In this document: in pieces, positions 1 to 10,020 of the stretch | Layout: each line of letters starts with the position of its first letter | How positions within the stretch are numbered: the first letter of the stretch is position 1 | Source: an uncultured cyanobacterium | Lineage (GTDB): Bacteria > Cyanobacteriota > Cyanobacteriia > Pseudanabaenales > Pseudanabaenaceae | Assembly (NCBI GenBank): GCA_963703315.1 | Contig: OY969811.1 | Location: 2,208,001 to 2,272,000, forward strand | Length of the DNA stretch: 64,000 bases | Direction: 5' to 3' | Notes under the pieces: generated by a model | What the model was told of the DNA's origin: nothing | Databases searched by the model: none | What the model saw: only the letters and a program-made list of their open reading frames with translations | Position numbers and translations under genes: made by a program

Positions 1-83
1 GTGGTAAAGCCAGCATTTCTAAGAGTTCCCGTTAGAATTTCTGCCTGAGTTAATGTGTCTTCAACTATTAAAATTGTACTCAT
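1..83 (-). CDS. CheY/PilH-like single-domain response regulator, 5' part only (runs off the window)
   Basis: My translation of the minus strand from the ATG at 83 gives MSTILIVEDTLTQAEILTGTLRNAGFT, a typical receiver N-terminus. It lies directly downstream of a PatA-type regulator, as in cyanobacterial pix/pil taxis operons. Confidence 0.8.
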   Translation of the reverse strand, partial: MSTILIVEDTLTQAEILTGTLRNAGFT

Positions 84-117
84 ATTCTAAAAATTTTCCT
101 TGATTTTGTTCAGCGAA

Positions 118-1332
118 TTAATTAGTATCGGATATCTGCAAAAACTTACGCAGGATTTGCAAGACTTTGATAGGGTCAGGAGGTTTGCTCAAAAAGTCTG
201 ATGAGCCAGCCATTTTTGCCCTCACTCGATCAATGACCCCATCTCGTCCCGTCAAAATTACAATCGGGATTTCTTGAAATGTAGTAGTTTTGCGTAAAAA
301 GGTACATAGTTCATAGCCATTAGTATTTGGCATGATTAAATCCAGAAAGATCAAGTCTGGTTTGCGTTGCAATAAAGTACTGACACTCTGGAGAGGTTCT
401 GTAATTCCCAATACCTCATATCCTAAAGGTTCTAAAATACGGCGCATTTCGATCTCAACTTGAGGGCTATCATCAATGCAAGCAATTAAACCTCGATGTT
501 TAGTTTCATTAGGCTTGTCGGGAATCTTCCATTTAGGTGATGTCCAATCCGAAATTTCCTGAAAAGCAACAATTCCATCTACTACTAGGGGTAAGAGCGA
601 TCGCATCACGGCAATCATCGAACAATGCATAATCGCCGATAAATCCCAGAGAGTATTTTTACCATTCAGAATTTTCTTTAAAGTGTTATAGGTTTTACTA
701 CTGATTGCCTCCGCATTGAGCATCACATCTAACTGATCGGGATTAGCAATATAGGCTACTAAATCAAAGGAAAAACCCTGAATCATGTTCTGTACATGGG
801 AAAGCCCTGCCTGTTGCCACTTTTGCTGCGCGGCGACAATACTATCTAAGGTCTGTATCGCTGAGAGCGCCACAATAGGCTTAAACGAGAGGGCATCTAA
901 AGGATTCCACGATGACTTGGGTTGTTTCTGCTCACTGAGACTATAGAAAACCTCATGAATACTGGACTGAATAATCGCTCGCGCCTGTTCTGTCGTCAGT
1001 TGGTGCGCCTGAATCGCTTTCTCAATAACCCTGATCTCCCAAGCTTCAGTCGTTGGGTCAGCACTTTCCAGAAGTTCGTTAATATTTATGTTTTGAGAAT
1101 TTTGACGAATTGCTCTTGCCAATCGCCGCACGCGATGCTTACCACCTGTAGCATATACCAATCGCCCCAGATAGAAATATATATGCCAAATCGGATCTGA
1201 TGGATTGTCTCCAGTTACTACTAATTCACCAGTAGCTTGCTGAAACAAAACGTGTAAATGCTTCAAATCTTGAATAAACTTAGGAAGTGACTGCGTTGAT
1301 GTGTCCACTGGGCAAGGTCTGGTAAGTAGCAT
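118..1332 (-). CDS. PatA-family response regulator (PATAN/DUF4388-like N-terminus + C-terminal REC)
   Basis: N-terminal ATGELVV...WHIYFYLGRLVYATGG motif; C-terminal REC (IACIDDS, PDLIFLDLIMP, SSDFLSKP). Confidence 0.85.
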   Translation of the reverse strand: MLLTRPCPVDTSTQSLPKFIQDLKHLHVLFQQATGELVVTGDNPSDPIWHIYFYLGRLVYATGGKHRVRRLARAIRQNSQNININELLESADPTTEAWEIRVIEKAIQAHQLTTEQARAIIQSSIHEVFYSLSEQKQPKSSWNPLDALSFKPIVALSAIQTLDSIVAAQQKWQQAGLSHVQNMIQGFSFDLVAYIANPDQLDVMLNAEAISSKTYNTLKKILNGKNTLWDLSAIMHCSMIAVMRSLLPLVVDGIVAFQEISDWTSPKWKIPDKPNETKHRGLIACIDDSPQVEIEMRRILEPLGYEVLGITEPLQSVSTLLQRKPDLIFLDLIMPNTNGYELCTFLRKTTTFQEIPIVILTGRDGVIDRVRAKMAGSSDFLSKPPDPIKVLQILRKFLQISDTN

Positions 1333-1463
1333 TTATAATCAATATCGAGAATCACATACTAAAGGCATATTGATTGCCTTTACTCATTATCTATAGTTCC
1401 CTGTTTTCTGCTAATTGTTTACTGTATTTAAATATATTTTTGAATATATATTTAAATATATAT

Positions 1464-1622
1464 TTTAGGACTTACAGGGCTTTGCACAGCATTAAAAATT
1501 TCTCTGTACCACTTAAAGTCTCAATAAACGATATGCAAGAAAACCTCGAAACCCGCATTTCATTGTCGTAGGGACAATTCATGAATTGTCCCTACATTTC
1601 GTCATTTTGCGTAAGCCCTAAA
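1464..1622. mobile_element. MITE-like element with internal GTAG-type REP palindrome
   Basis: Termini TTTAGGACTTAC (1464-1475) and GTAAGCCCTAAA (1611-1622) are inverted repeats with 1 mismatch. The internal palindrome GTAGGGACAATTCATGAATTGTCCCTAC (1568-1595) is perfect. Confidence 0.6.
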
Positions 1623-1795
1623 TTTATCAAGAGAATACAAAAAGAAATTACCAAAAGAATAATAAGATAATTATTGGATAGTTGTTGTTTAAGCAACATT
1701 ACAAGTCATTTTAGAAGCATAACTATAGCATGAACATTAATTTTTGCTATGAATTATTCCCTTTCCCCCAATAAATAGACACTACAAAGTCAAGA

Positions 1796-1867
1796 ATTGG
1801 TGATGCGGGGCAAAGCCCCGCATCACCAATAAATCTGTAGCGCAGGAGCAGTGTGCGCTACAGATTT
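1796..1867. repeat. Two adjacent intergenic hairpins
   Basis: ATTGGTGATGCGGGGC-AAA-GCCCCGCATCACCAAT is followed by AAATCTGTAGCGCA...TGCGCTACAGATTT. Confidence 0.8.
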
Positions 1868-1953
1868 AAATCTAATTTTTAATTGTGCCGAGGTGCTTAA
1901 CTTAAAGTTGAATTTACTTTAAAGATATTTAGATAGAAACTTTATAATTTTTT

Positions 1954-3585
1954 GTGGTTGAGCCTATGTATGCTAGTAGTCGAGAAGTACCAATCGAACA
2001 GGCGATCATCCGCAATCCTCTCATAATTTCCGCAGATGCAACCATTGCCGATGCGATCGCCCTCATGAGTGCCAGCAGTCAAACCTGTCACTTATCTTGT
2101 GATATCGACTCAGAAGCAAGTTTGCAATTAGCTCATGCTCAAAACAGTTGCATTTTAGTAACGGAGGGAAAAAAATTAATTGGCATTTTGACTGAGCGTG
2201 ACTTAATTAAATTTTGTGGTCAGCATAATGACACTGAAAATACAACTAAAAGTTTAGGGCAGAATCTCATCGAAACAGCGATCATCGAAGTGATGGTTTA
2301 TCCAGTCTATGCCCTATTGGAGTGGGAATTTACCGACATACTTGTACCAATCAATCGGTTTCATCGCTATAAAATTCGCCATTTACCCCTAGTGAATGAT
2401 CAAGGGGAAGTTGTCGGTTTACTCACCCATGAGAGTTTACGACAATTGCTCCGTCCCGTTGATATGTTGCGGTTGCGCCGTGTCAGTGAGGTATTAGTGA
2501 CACAGGTAGTCCATGCACAACCGACAGATTCAGTTACTAAGATTGCGAGCTTGATGGCAGAACAAGTTGTGAGTTCTGTAATCATCACAGAAACAAGAGA
2601 TGGAAGTTTGTTCCCTTTAGGAATTATTACTGAAGGAGATATCGTTCAATACCTTGCTCTAGAGATAGATCTCACGACAACACCAGCGCAAATAGTCATG
2701 AGTTACCCAGTTGCCTCTGTGGGAGCAGATGAAACCCTGTGGGCAGTACGAGAGATTATGCAGGAACGGATGATTAATCACTTAGTCGTCATTGGTACAA
2801 ATGGACAAATGGAAGGAATTGTGAGCCAGAGCGATCTGCTCAAGACCTTGCAACCTAATGAGATTTACAAATTAGTCTCGAGTCTAGAAAATAAGATGTC
2901 GAGGCTAGAGCAGGAGAAACTAGAGCTGTTGCAGAGTCGAAATAAATTATTGGAGAGTCAAGTACAGGAGAGTAATGCAGCGCTCATTGATGGCAACAAT
3001 ATATTTCAGCAATTTGCGGAAAACAATCGCGGGGCGATCGTGATTCGTGATGTTAGTTCTGGCAAGTTCTTGTATGTGAGTCCTGCATACGCCGAAATAT
3101 GGGGTAAGTCCTGTGAAAGCTTATATGAAGATCCTCAGTCTTGGATGATGTCTATTCATCCTGAAGATAGCGATCGCATTATTCAAGGCTACACATCAAA
3201 AGCAAATACTGGTTTTTTTAGTGAAGAATATCGAGTTGTTCGTCCGAATGGACAAATATGTTGGGTATGGGGAAGATATTTTCCGATTAAGAATGCCTAT
3301 GGAGAAACCTATCGGATTGCCGCAATTATTGAAGATATTAGCGATCGCAAATATGCCGAAATAGCCTTAATGCAGCGTAAACAATCCGATGAGTTTATTG
3401 CCAATATGAGCCGTGAACTACAGACACCGCTCAATGATATTTTGGGGATGTCTGAAGGTTTACTAGATGGTGTATTTGGGGAGCTTAATGAACAACAGCA
3501 GCGATCGCTATCTCTAATCCAAACTAGTGGTCAGCGTTTATTAGAGTTAATTAATAATGTTTTAAATGTCAGCGACTTATCATAG
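1954..3585 (+). CDS. CBS-domain (two pairs)/PAS/degenerate HisKA protein, no HATPase (pseudo-kinase)
   Basis: CBS motifs (LIGILTERDLIK, IRHLPLVN, LGIITEGDIV, EGIVSQSDLL); PAS/PAC (YVSPAYAEIWG, IHPED, EYRVVRPNG, EDISDRK). The H-box reads NMSRELQTPLN and the protein stops at the end of the DHp helices. Confidence 0.8.
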   Translation: MVEPMYASSREVPIEQAIIRNPLIISADATIADAIALMSASSQTCHLSCDIDSEASLQLAHAQNSCILVTEGKKLIGILTERDLIKFCGQHNDTENTTKSLGQNLIETAIIEVMVYPVYALLEWEFTDILVPINRFHRYKIRHLPLVNDQGEVVGLLTHESLRQLLRPVDMLRLRRVSEVLVTQVVHAQPTDSVTKIASLMAEQVVSSVIITETRDGSLFPLGIITEGDIVQYLALEIDLTTTPAQIVMSYPVASVGADETLWAVREIMQERMINHLVVIGTNGQMEGIVSQSDLLKTLQPNEIYKLVSSLENKMSRLEQEKLELLQSRNKLLESQVQESNAALIDGNNIFQQFAENNRGAIVIRDVSSGKFLYVSPAYAEIWGKSCESLYEDPQSWMMSIHPEDSDRIIQGYTSKANTGFFSEEYRVVRPNGQICWVWGRYFPIKNAYGETYRIAAIIEDISDRKYAEIALMQRKQSDEFIANMSRELQTPLNDILGMSEGLLDGVFGELNEQQQRSLSLIQTSGQRLLELINNVLNVSDLS

Positions 3586-3613
3586 AGGGGCGGCGCTTCG
3601 CGCCGCCCCTCTA
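3583..3613. terminator. Palindromic hairpin between convergent genes
   Basis: TAGAGGGGCGGCGC-TTC-GCGCCGCCCCTCTA lies between the stops of the CBS protein and murF. Confidence 0.6.
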
Positions 3614-3615
3614 AA

Positions 3616-5001
3616 TTATTGCCAAGTCTGACGAAATGCTTTGACCACTTGATCCATACCGACAGAACGAGAAGCTTTAAATAGAATCCGATCGCCTTTT
3701 TCCACTTTTTGTAAGAGGGTCTGCGTGATGTCGTCATAGGAATTACAGGCGATCGCATATTGGAGTGAGCCATTTGCACCCGCTAGAATTGCATCAGCCT
3801 CACCATCTGCCAAAATAATCGCTCCTTCTATTTTCAAATTACCAAGCTCTTTGCCTACTTGCTGATGTAAATGAGTAGACATTTCTCCTAGTTCTTTCAT
3901 CGTGCCGAGTACAGCCCAATGACGTTTAGCAGGCATATCCGCTAACTGTCGCAAAGCCGCTAACATTCCTTCAGGTGAGGCATTATAGGTTTCATCAAGA
4001 ATGACCACATCTTGAGGCAATTCGTATAACTGCGCTCGACCAAAGGGAAGATCTAATTTGTCAATTCCTTGCGTGGTTTTATGCCAATCAAGATTTAGGG
4101 CTTTGAGAACTGCTAAACCTGCCAAAAAGTTCAAAGCATTATGAATGCCGGGTAAAGGTAAATCCCAAGATAAATCACCGACATGAAGCCGATCATTAAT
4201 CAGTTCTCCATTAACATCACCAATACCCAATCCATAAGTAATCGTTTTACCTTGCCAAACCTTACTGGCGGTTTCTAATAATAGGGGATTGCTCGCATTG
4301 AGAACTGCTGTGCCATTTGCGGGAGTCTCGGCAAGTAGCTCACATTTGGCTTGGGCGATCGCCTCACGCGAACCCAATCTACCAATATGTGCAGTCCCCA
4401 CATTTGTGATCACACTTACCGTCGGTAAAGCTGTTCTGGCAAGGCGGGCGATTTCCCCTAAGCCGCGCATTCCCATTTCAACTACTACAAAATCATCGCG
4501 CTCTGGGGCGATCGCTAATAAAGTTTGGGCAACGCCAATGTCATTATTATGATTGGCTTGGCTTTTGTGAACTTGTTTATTGGTTGAGACATAGCCAGCC
4601 AACATACTCGCAATAATTTCTTTAGTTGTGGTTTTGCCCACCGAGCCTGTTATTGAGACTACGGGTCGAGAAAACTGCGATCGCCACCATCTTGCCAAAT
4701 CCTGATACGCCGTGAGGGGATCACTGACTGCAAGCAGGGGTAGTCCTTGCGCTGCTTCAGAATTTGCCCACTCATGAGTCACGATCGCCGCCACCGCACC
4801 CTGAGCAATCACCTGTGCCACAAATCCATGACCATCAAAATTTTCGCCAGTTAATGCCACAAATAACTCGCCAGCTTTGAGCTTGCGGCTATCGGAAACA
4901 ACACCCCTAATTTCTATATTGTCCTGTGCGTTTTCATCAATATTAGATACTGTTGCCGATGTAATGGCGATCGCTTGGCTGATCGTACAAATAAAGGTCA
5001 T
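3616..5001 (-). CDS. murF: UDP-N-acetylmuramoyl-tripeptide--D-alanyl-D-alanine ligase
   Basis: DSRKL..GELFVAL.GENFDGH, ITGSVGKTTTKE, EMGMRGLGEI, DETYNASPEGM, KASRSVGM. Start placed at MTFICT (5001) rather than 5091. Confidence 0.95.
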   Translation of the reverse strand: MTFICTISQAIAITSATVSNIDENAQDNIEIRGVVSDSRKLKAGELFVALTGENFDGHGFVAQVIAQGAVAAIVTHEWANSEAAQGLPLLAVSDPLTAYQDLARWWRSQFSRPVVSITGSVGKTTTKEIIASMLAGYVSTNKQVHKSQANHNNDIGVAQTLLAIAPERDDFVVVEMGMRGLGEIARLARTALPTVSVITNVGTAHIGRLGSREAIAQAKCELLAETPANGTAVLNASNPLLLETASKVWQGKTITYGLGIGDVNGELINDRLHVGDLSWDLPLPGIHNALNFLAGLAVLKALNLDWHKTTQGIDKLDLPFGRAQLYELPQDVVILDETYNASPEGMLAALRQLADMPAKRHWAVLGTMKELGEMSTHLHQQVGKELGNLKIEGAIILADGEADAILAGANGSLQYAIACNSYDDITQTLLQKVEKGDRILFKASRSVGMDQVVKAFRQTWQ

Positions 5002-5156
5002 GCTGGATTTTTTCTGTTCTGATCTGATCTGTTCTATTCTGAGCTTAAGATACATTGCTTCACATAGCAATCTGAAATGATTGATAACCAAAAAGAGTTG
5101 TGAAAGGCGTACCCGTAGGATGTGCCTTTCACAACTCTTTTTGGATTGCGATATTA

Positions 5157-6257
5157 TCAGGCTTCAGGTAGCACATCAGCACTAAACATTTCACTCAAAG
5201 CCGTGAGATAGGGGAGAAATGCTTGAATATGTTGCTCATCAAGATAAATATGCATTGCTTGATTAAGTAGTCTCAATAGAGTCCGCACCAGTTCCCAACT
5301 AACTTTTAGCGGTGGATAGAGCATGATGCAAAGGGGAAAAAGTTCTTGCTGAATTGCCGAGACACTTTTTTCTAGTACACATAGGCAGAGATACACTTGA
5401 AACATCTCAATATCACGCAGGCTGGAAATCCGCACCTGTGGTGAACTCAATACGCCGCTATGGCATTGATAGTCAGAATACATAATTAGGGTTTTCTGAG
5501 CAACCTGACGCGCAATCTCACTAGTTAGGGGTAGCAGATGGCGCACAGACTCTAGAGCAATGTCGTTGTAATCTAGATTGGCTGCCGCCTCATAGGAGCG
5601 CTGCAAGGGCATATAGAGATGATCATCGATAACTTTGAAGTACGAGTTCACCATTAAGCGCTCAAGGGATGGCAATGAATCAAGGAGCATTTGTCCACTG
5701 TAATGGAACTGCATACTCACAAAGCCAATCACGCGCGGATCAACTGATGTATATTTTTGGCGAATTTGACCGACCCCTTGGGCGATCGCTACAGATAATT
5801 GTCCAACAGTCGGTAATTGGGTATAGCTTTCGAGTTGCAGATTCCCCTCACTATTAGTCAAATTGATATTGATCAGGCGCGTTTCTGCATTCTCTGTATA
5901 AACCTTGAGAGCTTGCTCCAATAAAAAGCGTGAATCCGTCGCAATTTGCCAAGGATCGATGAGATCTGTAGAAATACCATGAGATTTTAACTGTCCCATC
6001 AGCAAATTCTCCGTCTTAGCCCATGCTTGAGCGCTAGAAAACCGTAAAGCTTGCAATAAACTTGCGGCGGTTGCAGCACGGCGTTCTGGACAGAGAATCT
6101 CTTCCAAATTATTAGATTTAACATCTTGTTTAGAAGAATCTGCTTGCAGATTTTGAATATATTTCTTTGCCCAAATATTTGCTAAAGAAGGCACAGAAGC
6201 AGTTGCCGCACTATTAAAATCATGAGTTAGATTATCTACAAGCGTGGGTCTGATCAT
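5157..6257 (-). CDS. Hypothetical protein with a C-terminal phycobiliprotein/globin-like domain lacking the chromophore Cys
   Basis: The segment LLPLTSEIARQVAQ...ISSLRDIEMFQVYL...LYPPLKVSW aligns by eye with allophycocyanin alpha ([13 protein letters not shown]...[13 protein letters not shown]...MYKSLGTP). Confidence 0.5.
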   Translation of the reverse strand: MIRPTLVDNLTHDFNSAATASVPSLANIWAKKYIQNLQADSSKQDVKSNNLEEILCPERRAATAASLLQALRFSSAQAWAKTENLLMGQLKSHGISTDLIDPWQIATDSRFLLEQALKVYTENAETRLININLTNSEGNLQLESYTQLPTVGQLSVAIAQGVGQIRQKYTSVDPRVIGFVSMQFHYSGQMLLDSLPSLERLMVNSYFKVIDDHLYMPLQRSYEAAANLDYNDIALESVRHLLPLTSEIARQVAQKTLIMYSDYQCHSGVLSSPQVRISSLRDIEMFQVYLCLCVLEKSVSAIQQELFPLCIMLYPPLKVSWELVRTLLRLLNQAMHIYLDEQHIQAFLPYLTALSEMFSADVLPEA

Positions 6258-6624
6258 TTAGTTGCGATGGTTTCTAATATGTAAAAAATTTTATTAAATT
6301 ATTCCCATTATATTTGTTCAGCCTTAGATAATTGGGGTTTAATTAAAAATATTTATCAAGATTAGATAATTGTTCAAGATTTCGGGCAGTGCGCCATCAA
6401 TTCTGGAGTGAAATCAGGATTAACTAGAATAGGACTTCTACCAACTCGCAAAAGTGTGACCACACTTTTGTGGGTTAAAAATCAAGCCTTACAAGAGTTT
6501 TCAGAGCTAAAAATGGCATAGCTATTTTTAGCTCTGGGTATTACGCAACATGGCGATCGCTAAATTTAAGCTTTTTAAATTATTTTGGTATTTAACAACG
6601 AAATGTAAATACTGACAGTAAAAT

Positions 6625-6660
6625 CTAATCATCGCCCTAATCATCGCCCTAATCATCGCC
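6625..6660 (+). repeat. Tandem repeat (CTAATCATCGCC)x3
   Basis: Three exact 12-bp copies end 25 bp upstream of the baseplate gene ATG. Confidence 0.95.
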
Positions 6661-6685
6661 AAATTCACTTAAAAGGCATTGTGTA

Positions 6686-8896
6686 ATGACGAAAGAGTTT
6701 GATTTTCTGCCAAATTTACCAAAATCAGATCTAGACGATCGCACCTTTGAGGAATTGGTGAACGAATGTTTATTGAGGATTCCGCGATATTGTCCAGAAT
6801 GGACAAATTATAATCCCAGTGATCCTGGTGTGACGCTGATTGAGTTATTTGCATGGCTGACCGATCAGATGTTAATGCGGTTTAATCAATTACCGCGCCG
6901 TAACTATGTTGCTTTTTTGGAATTGTTAGGGATTCGCTTACAACCACCTGCCCCTGCCCAAACAGAAGTTACTTTTTATCTGAGTGCTTCTTTACCAGAA
7001 GCCTATACTATTCCTGTAGGGAGTGAAGTGGCAACCCTAAGAACAGAAACAGAAGAGGCGATCGTCTTTAGTACCGATCAACCATTAGTGATTGCGAAAC
7101 CTCGGATTTTGCATCTATTAGCCGCCCCCAGAGCCGAAGAGAGTCCTGAATTCTTACGGGATTTGCTTTTAGATGTATGGACAGAAGATCGTGAAGAAGG
7201 CTGGTCGGGACAGGAAATAGCACTATTTAGTGATCCCCCGCAACCAAATAATTGTTTTTATGTAGTTTTTGATGGAGCGCAGCCGACCGATGGGAATGTC
7301 ATTGCACTCAAGTTTAAAGGTGAATCAGCAACAACTACAGGGATTAATCCGAATAATCCCCCAAGATTTTGGGAAGCGTGGGATGGCAATGCATGGAAAC
7401 CCATACTTCAAAAAGAGAGTGACGATCGCACTAAAGGATTTAGCTTTAGTGAAATAGCCAATGAAGGAGTAAATCCTTTACAGGGAGCCGAAGTCATCTT
7501 TCATTTGCCCCTAACATGGAATGTGGCACAGTTTTCTACCTATCGCGGGCGCTGGTTGCGTTGTAGTTATGTCGAACCGACTCCTAATCAATCTGGCTAC
7601 AGCCGATCGCCTCATATTATTGGCATGAATGCAAGGGCGATCGGCGGAACTGTCAAAGCTACTCAATGCCATGCGATCGCTAACGAAGTTTTAGGTGAGA
7701 GTACAGGCAAGGCAGGGCAGGTTTTTCAATTATTAAATAGTCCCGTTTTACCGAGGCAAGCTGATGAATACTTGCTAGTTACGCCCCCTGTCGGGTTACC
7801 GCAAATCTGGCAAGAAGTGGCGGACTTTTCGGAATCTACGGCTAACGATTTACATTACATTATTGATTCCATCTCTGGAAGTATTCAATTTGGTCCTTTT
7901 GTGCAAACGCCGAATTACCAGAGTCAGCACACCTTACAACGCTTCCGAATTCAAGGCGAACCGATGAAGAGGGTTTCTGCTGAGGGCATCAACGCGATCG
8001 CCACCAATGCCAAAGTTAGTGGTACTCAATACGGAGCCGTTCCACCGAAAGGCGCAATTATCCAAATGGTAAAATATCGCACGGGTGGCGGATTTCGCGG
8101 TAATGTTCAGCGCGGCAGCATTCGCATTAGTAAAAATGCGATTCCTTACGTGGCAAGTCTGACCAATCATATTTCGGCTACTAATGGTGTGGATGCCGAA
8201 TCCCTTGATGACGTGGCAGTGCGTGTACCCAAAATGCTCAGAACTCGCGATCGCGCGATCACCCAAACTGATTTTGAATATTTGACATTGGTGGCAGGGG
8301 ATGGTGCTGTCGCAAGGGTGAAGTGTTTACCCTCTAGACGCAAAGAAGAGGCAGGAATTGTGAGATTAATGGTTGTGCCTAAAGTGAGAACTGAAAGCAT
8401 CGATCAAGGTCAAGGTATTGCCCCTGATCAATTTATATTGACTCCCAGACTGAGCGAGACAGTATTAGCGTATCTCGATGAACGGAAGATGCTCGGTGTC
8501 CAGATTCAACTAGAACAACCTGAATATGTGGGGGTTTGTGTGCAGACGGAAATAGCATTAGAAGCAGCTTACAGTAATCCTCAAGTTCAGCAAGATATAA
8601 TTAAACAACTCAAAATACTTCTCTATCGCTTTCTCAATCCAATTACAGGTGGAGTTAATGGTCAAGGTTGGGAATTTGGTCGTCCTGTCTATCCATCTGA
8701 TATTGTCAAACTATTACAAAATTTTCAAGGTGTGCGCTTTTTAGGTACAGTGCAGTTATTCGAGTTGCGGTATGAAAGTGGTGAATGGGTGCGAAGACTT
8801 GCACCACAAACAATCATCGATCCCAGTCCATTTGGTTTGATCTGTTCTTGGCGTAGCCCACGCTTGCGCTCTAGCCATGTCATCAATATTGTCTAA
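6686..8896 (+). CDS. Putative baseplate assembly protein (baseplate J/wedge-like) of a contractile injection system
   Basis: LDDRTFEELV...IPRYCPEWTNYNPSDPGVTLIELFAW; YRTGGG..GNV; RDRAITQTDFEYL; GWEFGRPVYPSD. These motifs are characteristic of eCIS baseplate assembly proteins. Confidence 0.9.
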   Translation: MTKEFDFLPNLPKSDLDDRTFEELVNECLLRIPRYCPEWTNYNPSDPGVTLIELFAWLTDQMLMRFNQLPRRNYVAFLELLGIRLQPPAPAQTEVTFYLSASLPEAYTIPVGSEVATLRTETEEAIVFSTDQPLVIAKPRILHLLAAPRAEESPEFLRDLLLDVWTEDREEGWSGQEIALFSDPPQPNNCFYVVFDGAQPTDGNVIALKFKGESATTTGINPNNPPRFWEAWDGNAWKPILQKESDDRTKGFSFSEIANEGVNPLQGAEVIFHLPLTWNVAQFSTYRGRWLRCSYVEPTPNQSGYSRSPHIIGMNARAIGGTVKATQCHAIANEVLGESTGKAGQVFQLLNSPVLPRQADEYLLVTPPVGLPQIWQEVADFSESTANDLHYIIDSISGSIQFGPFVQTPNYQSQHTLQRFRIQGEPMKRVSAEGINAIATNAKVSGTQYGAVPPKGAIIQMVKYRTGGGFRGNVQRGSIRISKNAIPYVASLTNHISATNGVDAESLDDVAVRVPKMLRTRDRAITQTDFEYLTLVAGDGAVARVKCLPSRRKEEAGIVRLMVVPKVRTESIDQGQGIAPDQFILTPRLSETVLAYLDERKMLGVQIQLEQPEYVGVCVQTEIALEAAYSNPQVQQDIIKQLKILLYRFLNPITGGVNGQGWEFGRPVYPSDIVKLLQNFQGVRFLGTVQLFELRYESGEWVRRLAPQTIIDPSPFGLICSWRSPRLRSSHVINIV

Positions 8897-8907
8897 AGCT
8901 TAAAACT

Positions 8908-9960
8908 ATGGCTCAAAAAAGTAAGCTCCAAGCGCTAAGTGTTCGTTTGATTTCGATGAAGGCTCCTGAGGCAAATGAAGACACCCTTGCCAGTGCTGAT
9001 CGCGCTGACCTGAATCAAAATAATCAGCGATCACCTATTATAAATTGCAAATTAGTAGTCAACCCCAGTGAACCTAGCGAAATTGTCGTTAAGCTTAAAA
9101 ATGCGAGTAATCGATCGCTTTTAACGAGCCTACAAGTCGATGGTGACTTCCCTAGTCAATGGCTCCAAATCGGGATGGAAGGGAATGAGTTGCCACCATA
9201 TTCAGAAATGGAAGCAGTCCTCTATTTTCAAGTGCCTGTGGACTTTTTTGAAAATCAAGAGGCGATCGCTCACAGTCAGCCCCTCACAATTAACTATCAG
9301 GGTCAGCTACAGGTTTATGGTGGTTATGCTGGTTCCCCATCAGATATCAGTGGAACTTCGAGATTAGAACTATTTGACATTGAACCATTTCAACTATATG
9401 TCCGTCCCCATAGTTTATATCTAGACTTCCTGCCCGATGCTTATCGCGAAGTTGACTTTGTGGGCAGGATGCTAAAAATATTTGAAGAAACCCTCGAACC
9501 CGATGTGCAGATTCTTGATTCACTCTGGGCTTATCTTGACCCGATGTTAGCACCTGAAAGTATGTTACCGTTTCTATCGCATTGGGTAGGCTGGGATCTT
9601 GCGCCGACTTTTAGTGTGGAACGTCAGCGCTATTTAATTAAACAGGCGATGCAAATCTATCGTTGGCGCGGCACACGTAGAGGATTGCGCTTTTACATCC
9701 ATTTATTTACAGGTTTACCTCTTGACGAACATTTGCCTGAATCAGAAAAACATATCAGTATTTTTGAAATTACAGGGCGAGGCTTTGTTTTAGGTGAAGC
9801 CGAACTTGGTAACAATGCCTCAACGGGTGGTGGTAGACCGTTTCATTTTGTGGTGAGGATTCGTAACGATTTACAAAATAGCCTCGATTTACCGCTAATT
9901 CATCAGATTATTGAACGTGAGAAACCTGTTTTTTGTACTTACGATCTAGAAATCAGTTAA
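8908..9960 (+). CDS. Phage tail protein (P2 gpI-like) with N-terminal Ig-like extension; CIS baseplate component
   Basis: YLDFLPDAY, YLDPMLAPESMLPFLSHWVG, YRWRGTRRGL, IIEREKPVFC; starts 11 bp after the baseplate gene. Confidence 0.85.
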   Translation: MAQKSKLQALSVRLISMKAPEANEDTLASADRADLNQNNQRSPIINCKLVVNPSEPSEIVVKLKNASNRSLLTSLQVDGDFPSQWLQIGMEGNELPPYSEMEAVLYFQVPVDFFENQEAIAHSQPLTINYQGQLQVYGGYAGSPSDISGTSRLELFDIEPFQLYVRPHSLYLDFLPDAYREVDFVGRMLKIFEETLEPDVQILDSLWAYLDPMLAPESMLPFLSHWVGWDLAPTFSVERQRYLIKQAMQIYRWRGTRRGLRFYIHLFTGLPLDEHLPESEKHISIFEITGRGFVLGEAELGNNASTGGGRPFHFVVRIRNDLQNSLDLPLIHQIIEREKPVFCTYDLEIS

Positions 9961-10020
9961 TTTGTGTGGTGCTTTGCACCACACAAATTAACCTTCTCAC
10001 CCTCTATTGATAAAAGTTAT

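Noticed and set aside
1424..1466. AT-only quasi-repeat (TATTTAAATATAT...) and the 65-aa ORF 1374-1571 spanning it
   Set aside because: This is low-complexity promoter-region DNA plus a MITE; the translated ORF has no protein-like features.
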